Positions 56,878-64,000 of a stretch of 64,000 nucleotides of DNA are shown in pieces. A program made the translations under genes and the position numbers. The DNA comes from an uncultured bacterium (GTDB taxonomy: Bacteria; Desulfobacterota; Binatia; UBA1149; CAITLU01). Position 1 is the first letter of the stretch. Every line of letters begins with the position of its first letter. Under the pieces are notes generated by a model. The model made no database searches and was not told the origin of the DNA. It saw only the letters and a program-made list of their open reading frames with translations. The stretch covers positions 5,119-69,118 of the forward strand of contig CAITLU010000024.1 in NCBI GenBank assembly GCA_903893315.1. Direction: 5' to 3'.

Positions 56878-57773
56878 GCCGCAGGTCCGCCGCCGGCACA
56901 TGGTGGATCGGTGACTGGATCGAACTGCTGCGGCCTTCGCAGTGGGTCAAGAACGGCTTCGTTCTGGCCGCGTTGGTGTTTTCGCTCAAGCTGCTGCAGC
57001 CGGCGCCGCTGCTGAGAAGCCTGCTCGCTTTGGTGGTGTTCTGCGCGGCATCAAGTGCCGCCTACGTCGTCAATGACGTTGTCGATGCAGAGCGTGACCG
57101 CTCCCATCCCGAGAAGATCCGGCGCCCTCTGGCGTCCGGGCGGGTCAAGCCTGCTGCCGCCTGGGCGGTCGCGGTCTCGCTGACCGTGTTTGCGCTGCTC
57201 GGGGCTACGGCGCTGGGCACGCCTTTCGTTGCCTGCGTGGCGGCCTTCCTGGCCCTGCAACTCCTCTACACGACGCGCATCAAACACGTGGTGGTCCTTG
57301 ACGCTACCGCAATCGCCGGCGGCTTCGTGCTGCGCACCGAGGCCGGGGTGCTGGCTGCTGGTGCGCACATGTCACCGTGGCTGTTTCTGATGACCTTCTT
57401 GCTGGCGCTGTTGCTGGCCCTGGCCAAGCGCCGCCACGAGCTGCTGCTGCTGGGCGTCGATGCTCGCTTGCACCGCGGCGTCCTCGAAGACTACCGGGCT
57501 ACGCCGTTGGATCCTTTGATCGTATCGTTGGCGGCGGCCGTTATCGGGGTCTACATCCAGTACACGCTTTCGGCCGACGTGGCGGCGCGACTCGGTACCG
57601 ACCGGCTCTGCCTGACAGTTCCCTTTGTGGTCTTAGGGATTTTTCGATACCTCTTCCTGATCTACGGGCGTGAGCAGGGCGGGAATCCGACCGGAACCCT
57701 CCTCGGGGATCGCCCGCTCCAAATCACCGTGGCCCTGTGGGCGGTCGCGGTGGTCGCGTTGCTGTACGGATAG
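56874..57773 (+). CDS. UbiA-family prenyltransferase (decaprenyl-phosphate phosphoribosyltransferase-like)
   Basis: …[28 protein letters not shown]… is the UbiA Asp-rich motif NDxxDxxxD, in a protein with ~8 TM. The start is a GTG overlapping the engB stop (GTGA). Confidence 0.8.
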   Translation: MSRRSAAGTWWIGDWIELLRPSQWVKNGFVLAALVFSLKLLQPAPLLRSLLALVVFCAASSAAYVVNDVVDAERDRSHPEKIRRPLASGRVKPAAAWAVAVSLTVFALLGATALGTPFVACVAAFLALQLLYTTRIKHVVVLDATAIAGGFVLRTEAGVLAAGAHMSPWLFLMTFLLALLLALAKRRHELLLLGVDARLHRGVLEDYRATPLDPLIVSLAAAVIGVYIQYTLSADVAARLGTDRLCLTVPFVVLGIFRYLFLIYGREQGGNPTGTLLGDRPLQITVALWAVAVVALLYG

Positions 57774-57789
57774 CCTGCACTCCCGATCA

Positions 57790-60606
<2,817 letters not shown>

Positions 60607-60610
60607 TCCG

Positions 60611-61822
60611 ATGAAGATCGAATCGGCACCGGCTCCCGCGCAGGTTCGCGGCTTTCGATTCTCGGGAATCCACGGCGGCATCAAGAAGAAGGGCCGGCGC
60701 GACTTCGCGCTGATCGTTGCTGATCGTCCCTGCGCGGGCGCGGCGGTCTTCACCCGTAACCGCTGCGCGGCCGCGCCCGTGGTCGTTGCTCGCGAGCACG
60801 CCTCGTCGGGCCGCATCCAGGCGATCATGATCAATTCCGGCAACGCCAATTGCGCCACCGGGGAGCAGGGTCTCAAGCTGGCGCGCTGGAGTTGCGAAGA
60901 AGTGGCCGGACGTCTCGGCATCGCGCCGTCGCTGGTGCTGCCGTGCTCGACCGGAGTGATCGGAGTACAACTCGACCACCGTGTGATGGCGAAGGCCATC
61001 TCCCTTGGTGTCGATGCGCTGAGCCGTCGCGGTTTTGCGGCCGCGGCGCGCGCCATTTTGACCTCCGACGCTTTCCCTAAATGGGCCTCGCGCACGCTGC
61101 GACTGAACGACCACGAGGTCACGGTGGCGGCGATGGCCAAGGGGGCGGGCATGATCGAGCCGCACATGGCGACCATGCTCAGCTTCGTGCTCACCGACGC
61201 CAAACTTTCTCCGGACGCTGCGCGCAGTGTGCTCGAGAGTGCGGTCGCGACCAGTTTGAACCGCATCAGCGTCGACGGCGACACCAGCACCAACGATACC
61301 TGTGTATTGATGGCGTCGGGCGAGTCGGCCGGGGCGATGATCGACGGACCGGCCAGTGAAGGCTACGAAACTCTGGCCAGGGCCGTCGCCGAGATTCTCG
61401 ACGAAGTATCGCGCATGATCGTCAGGGACGGCGAGGGCGCCACCAAGATGGTGGATCTCGTGGTTGTCGGCGCGCTCGATGACGGAGAAGCAGATCGCGT
61501 CGCGCGGCGTATCGCCAACTCTCCGCTGGTCCGCACCGCGCTGACAGGAGCGGATCCGAACTGGGGCCGTATTGTCATGGCTCTTGGTAACTCCGAGGCC
61601 TCGTTAGAGATGGCGGCATTGGAAGTGGACGTCGGCGAAGTGGCGTTGGTGCGCGCCGGCACCGTCATTTCCGAGGAAGCGGTCGCCGCGGCTCGCCGAG
61701 TGATGAAACGCGATGCCTACGCGATGACGGTTCGGCTCGGGGCCGGGCCGGGCCGGGCGACGATCGTCACCAGCGATCTCACCGAAGCGTACGTGCGCCT
61801 CAATTCGGCCTACACGAGCTGA
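60611..61822 (+). CDS. argJ: Bifunctional glutamate N-acetyltransferase / amino-acid acetyltransferase ArgJ
   Basis: …KGAGMIEPHMATMLSFVLTDA… is the autoproteolytic ATML site, in the right context and at 403 aa. Confidence 0.92.
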   Translation: MKIESAPAPAQVRGFRFSGIHGGIKKKGRRDFALIVADRPCAGAAVFTRNRCAAAPVVVAREHASSGRIQAIMINSGNANCATGEQGLKLARWSCEEVAGRLGIAPSLVLPCSTGVIGVQLDHRVMAKAISLGVDALSRRGFAAAARAILTSDAFPKWASRTLRLNDHEVTVAAMAKGAGMIEPHMATMLSFVLTDAKLSPDAARSVLESAVATSLNRISVDGDTSTNDTCVLMASGESAGAMIDGPASEGYETLARAVAEILDEVSRMIVRDGEGATKMVDLVVVGALDDGEADRVARRIANSPLVRTALTGADPNWGRIVMALGNSEASLEMAALEVDVGEVALVRAGTVISEEAVAAARRVMKRDAYAMTVRLGAGPGRATIVTSDLTEAYVRLNSAYTS

Positions 61823-64000
61823 TCGGCATCGCCCGGGTCCGGTCGGTCTTCGACCGTAGGATCGAGGGTGAAATAGATCGTCGCGCCCTGGCCGGGCCTT
61901 CCTTCGGCCCATACTCTGCCACCGTGAACGCTGACGATGCGTTGGACCGTGGCGAGGCCGACCCCGTAGCCTTCGAAGATTCCCGGGGTGTGGAGGCGCC
62001 GGAACGGTTCGAACAACGTCTCGGCCTGCGAAGGGTCGAAGCCGACTCCGTCGTCGCGTACGTAGAAGACGCGCCCATTCCCATCCTGGAAGCTGCCGAG
62101 TTCTATTCGTGTTTTGTCGCGGGTGCTGCTGAACTTCCAGCTGTTGCGCAGCAGATTGTCGAGCAGCACCCGCAGAAGGCGGGGCTCACCATCGACGATC
62201 ATGGCTGGTTCGAGTACGAAGGTGACACGGCGGTCGGGATCGCTTTCGCGGAGTGATTCGCAGATTGCCGCTGCCATCGCAGTGAGGAAAACGGTCTTGC
62301 GCTTGGGTTGCGAACGCGTGATCCGGGAAAGCGTCAGCAGTGCATTGATCAGCCCGTCCATGCGCTGACAGGTGCCGCGGATTCGCTCAAGCACCGCGCG
62401 GGCCGGGGCCGAAAGCCCGGCCGCGTGATCTTCGGCGAGGATGCGGCTGAACCCGTCGATGCCGCGCAGCGGCGCGCGCAAGTCGTGGGATACGGTGTGA
62501 CTGAAGGCTTCGAGTTCCCTGTTGGCGGCTTCGATCTGTGAAGTCCTGGCGGTGAAGCGTTTCTCCAACTCGGAGTGGACCAGCCGTCTGCGCTGCCAGA
62601 TGTGGCGTCTTTCGAGAGCCGCTCCGATCACCTCTCCGACGATGCGCAGCAGCGCGACGCGCGATTCATACCACTGTTCGTCGCTGCGTCCGGACACGAA
62701 GGTGATGAATCCGATCGCCTTTCGACGCCGAAGCAGCGGCAGCGCCAACGCCGAGCGTACGCCGCGCTCTTCGGGATAGCGTCGTTCGGGGAAGTCCTCG
62801 AGCAGATCGCTGCCGCCATCGCGAATGAGAATGAAGTCGCGCTTGGCGAACGCGGCGTCCCATCGCCCCATGGTAGATAGTTGGATGCGCCGGGGCCTGG
62901 AATCGGCGGTAGTGCGATCCGATCGATCCCATCGGTGGGTCAGTTCTGCCTGATTGTCGCCTCCCGGCAGAAACTGCCAGGCGCTACAGCGATCCAGCTC
63001 GATTACTTCCGCGATCTCGCGTAGCGCGTCCTCGATGGCCACGTCTATGTGCTCGGGGTCGATTCCGATGAACCTCGTCGACAGCAACGTTATCAAGCGT
63101 GTCAGTCTGTTGCGCTCGGTCAGTTCATGTTCGGAACGCTTGCGCGCGCTGACGTCGAGAGCGAACACCAGAAACGTTCCCGGGCTGTCCTGCACTGCGG
63201 CCAGGCCGAGCAGTACCGCGACGCGGCTGCCGTCGCGGCGGTAGAAGTCCTGCTCCCAGGGCGGGCAGTGGCCCGCGCGTTCGAATTGATCCATGGCTGC
63301 CGTGGTCATGTGGCGATACTCAGATGGCGTCATCTTGTCCCAGCGCATCTGCCCTGCCGCCACCGCGGTGTGGTCGTGACCGGTGACCATCAACGCAGCG
63401 TCGTTCGCGTCGACGATCCTGCCGTCGCGGTGCGCGGTGAGTATCCCGAGCATTCCTGCGCCGCGCAGACCGCGCAGACGCGCCTCGCTGCGAACCAGTC
63501 TGCTGTGTTCGCGCTGACGCAACAGCGCGGCGCGCAGCATGTCGCAGACGACCTCGCGCACAGGCGCGAAATCGTATGGCCAGTCTCCCTCTCGGTCGTG
63601 GGAGAGGAACAGCGCCGCGCCAAGCAATGCGGACTCAGAGTTCAGTATCGGCAGTATGATCGCGGAGCGAATACCGAACTGCTCACGAAGACGGTGTTCG
63701 CTGTCCGCTTCGGGCGGAAGGTCGCTCGAACTCCCTACGTGCACGGGCTCGCCAGCCGACAACTTCGCGAGTGTCCATAGCGGTGTGCTCGCCTCGACTG
63801 CCTTGGTCACCTCCGCGGCGAGCGGCGCGAGACCTTCCTCGTGCCATTCGCAGGCAGTATGCCAGTGGCCGTCGTCGTCGATTGCGGAAAGCCATCCGCG
63901 TTGGTCACCGCCGAAGCTGGCGATTCGTTGAAGCGTCCGGCAGACGCCCTGATCGAGATCTTCGACGCGAGAGTCGACGAGGTCGGCTGCCAGTTCGGCC
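61810..64000 (-). CDS. Sensor histidine kinase with GAF and PAS domains. Partial: the N-terminus runs off the window end.
   Basis: HisKA H-box HTVSHDLRAPLRGIDGFSRIL; HATPase_c N/G1/G2 boxes (LRNSWKFS…VRDDGVGFDP…GVGLATV). The reading frame stays open to position 64000, and the track start at 63810 is an internal GTG. Confidence 0.88.
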   Translation of the reverse strand, partial: AELAADLVDSRVEDLDQGVCRTLQRIASFGGDQRGWLSAIDDDGHWHTACEWHEEGLAPLAAEVTKAVEASTPLWTLAKLSAGEPVHVGSSSDLPPEADSEHRLREQFGIRSAIILPILNSESALLGAALFLSHDREGDWPYDFAPVREVVCDMLRAALLRQREHSRLVRSEARLRGLRGAGMLGILTAHRDGRIVDANDAALMVTGHDHTAVAAGQMRWDKMTPSEYRHMTTAAMDQFERAGHCPPWEQDFYRRDGSRVAVLLGLAAVQDSPGTFLVFALDVSARKRSEHELTERNRLTRLITLLSTRFIGIDPEHIDVAIEDALREIAEVIELDRCSAWQFLPGGDNQAELTHRWDRSDRTTADSRPRRIQLSTMGRWDAAFAKRDFILIRDGGSDLLEDFPERRYPEERGVRSALALPLLRRRKAIGFITFVSGRSDEQWYESRVALLRIVGEVIGAALERRHIWQRRRLVHSELEKRFTARTSQIEAANRELEAFSHTVSHDLRAPLRGIDGFSRILAEDHAAGLSAPARAVLERIRGTCQRMDGLINALLTLSRITRSQPKRKTVFLTAMAAAICESLRESDPDRRVTFVLEPAMIVDGEPRLLRVLLDNLLRNSWKFSSTRDKTRIELGSFQDGNGRVFYVRDDGVGFDPSQAETLFEPFRRLHTPGIFEGYGVGLATVQRIVSVHGGRVWAEGRPGQGATIYFTLDPTVEDRPDPGDADQLV

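Overview
This is a GC-rich (about 65-70%) bacterial chromosomal segment, densely coding on both strands with about 57 supportable protein genes. I found no rRNA, tRNA, CRISPR array or transposase. An rpoH-type sigma-32, MsbA-like and HrpB genes suggest a Proteobacterium; the GC level and the Roadblock/BNR content are compatible with a delta/myxobacterial-like lineage, but that is inference only. Most genes are housekeeping: citrate synthase, class I FBA, FBPase, Dtd, TrmL, GlnRS, HrpB, the FtsE-FtsX-EnvC-CtpA cell-division cluster, XseA/XseB, IspA, TlyA, RpoZ, RpoH, EngB, SecA and ArgJ. Interleaved with these are accessory-looking modules:
- (a) A coiled-coil protein, two Roadblock/LC7 (MglB-like) proteins and a periplasmic-sensor/HAMP protein with no output domain, with no GTPase or kinase in cis (36456..39799). 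I rank this as the most interesting candidate for an undescribed signalling system.
- (b) A 960-aa, extremely cysteine-rich sulfatase with large insertions (20922..23804).
- (c) A duplicated-FtsX ABC permease co-oriented with an active-looking FabH-type KAS III, convergent with a PadR-ABC ATPase pair (13664..18669).
- (d) An orphan heme-copper-oxidase subunit-I-like membrane protein that seems to lack CuB histidines (31887..33398).
- (e) An Lgt-thioredoxin (WCPPC) fusion immediately upstream of ftsEX (39842..41200).
- (f) A COG0523 metallochaperone GTPase overlapping an MBL-fold lipoprotein gene (26212..27998).
- (g) An apparently non-coding ~0.9 kb relic region with a frameshifted gene fragment (19222..20771).
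All calls come from reading motifs in the supplied translations and DNA. No database search was possible, so family names rest on remembered motifs and should be confirmed by HMM/BLAST.
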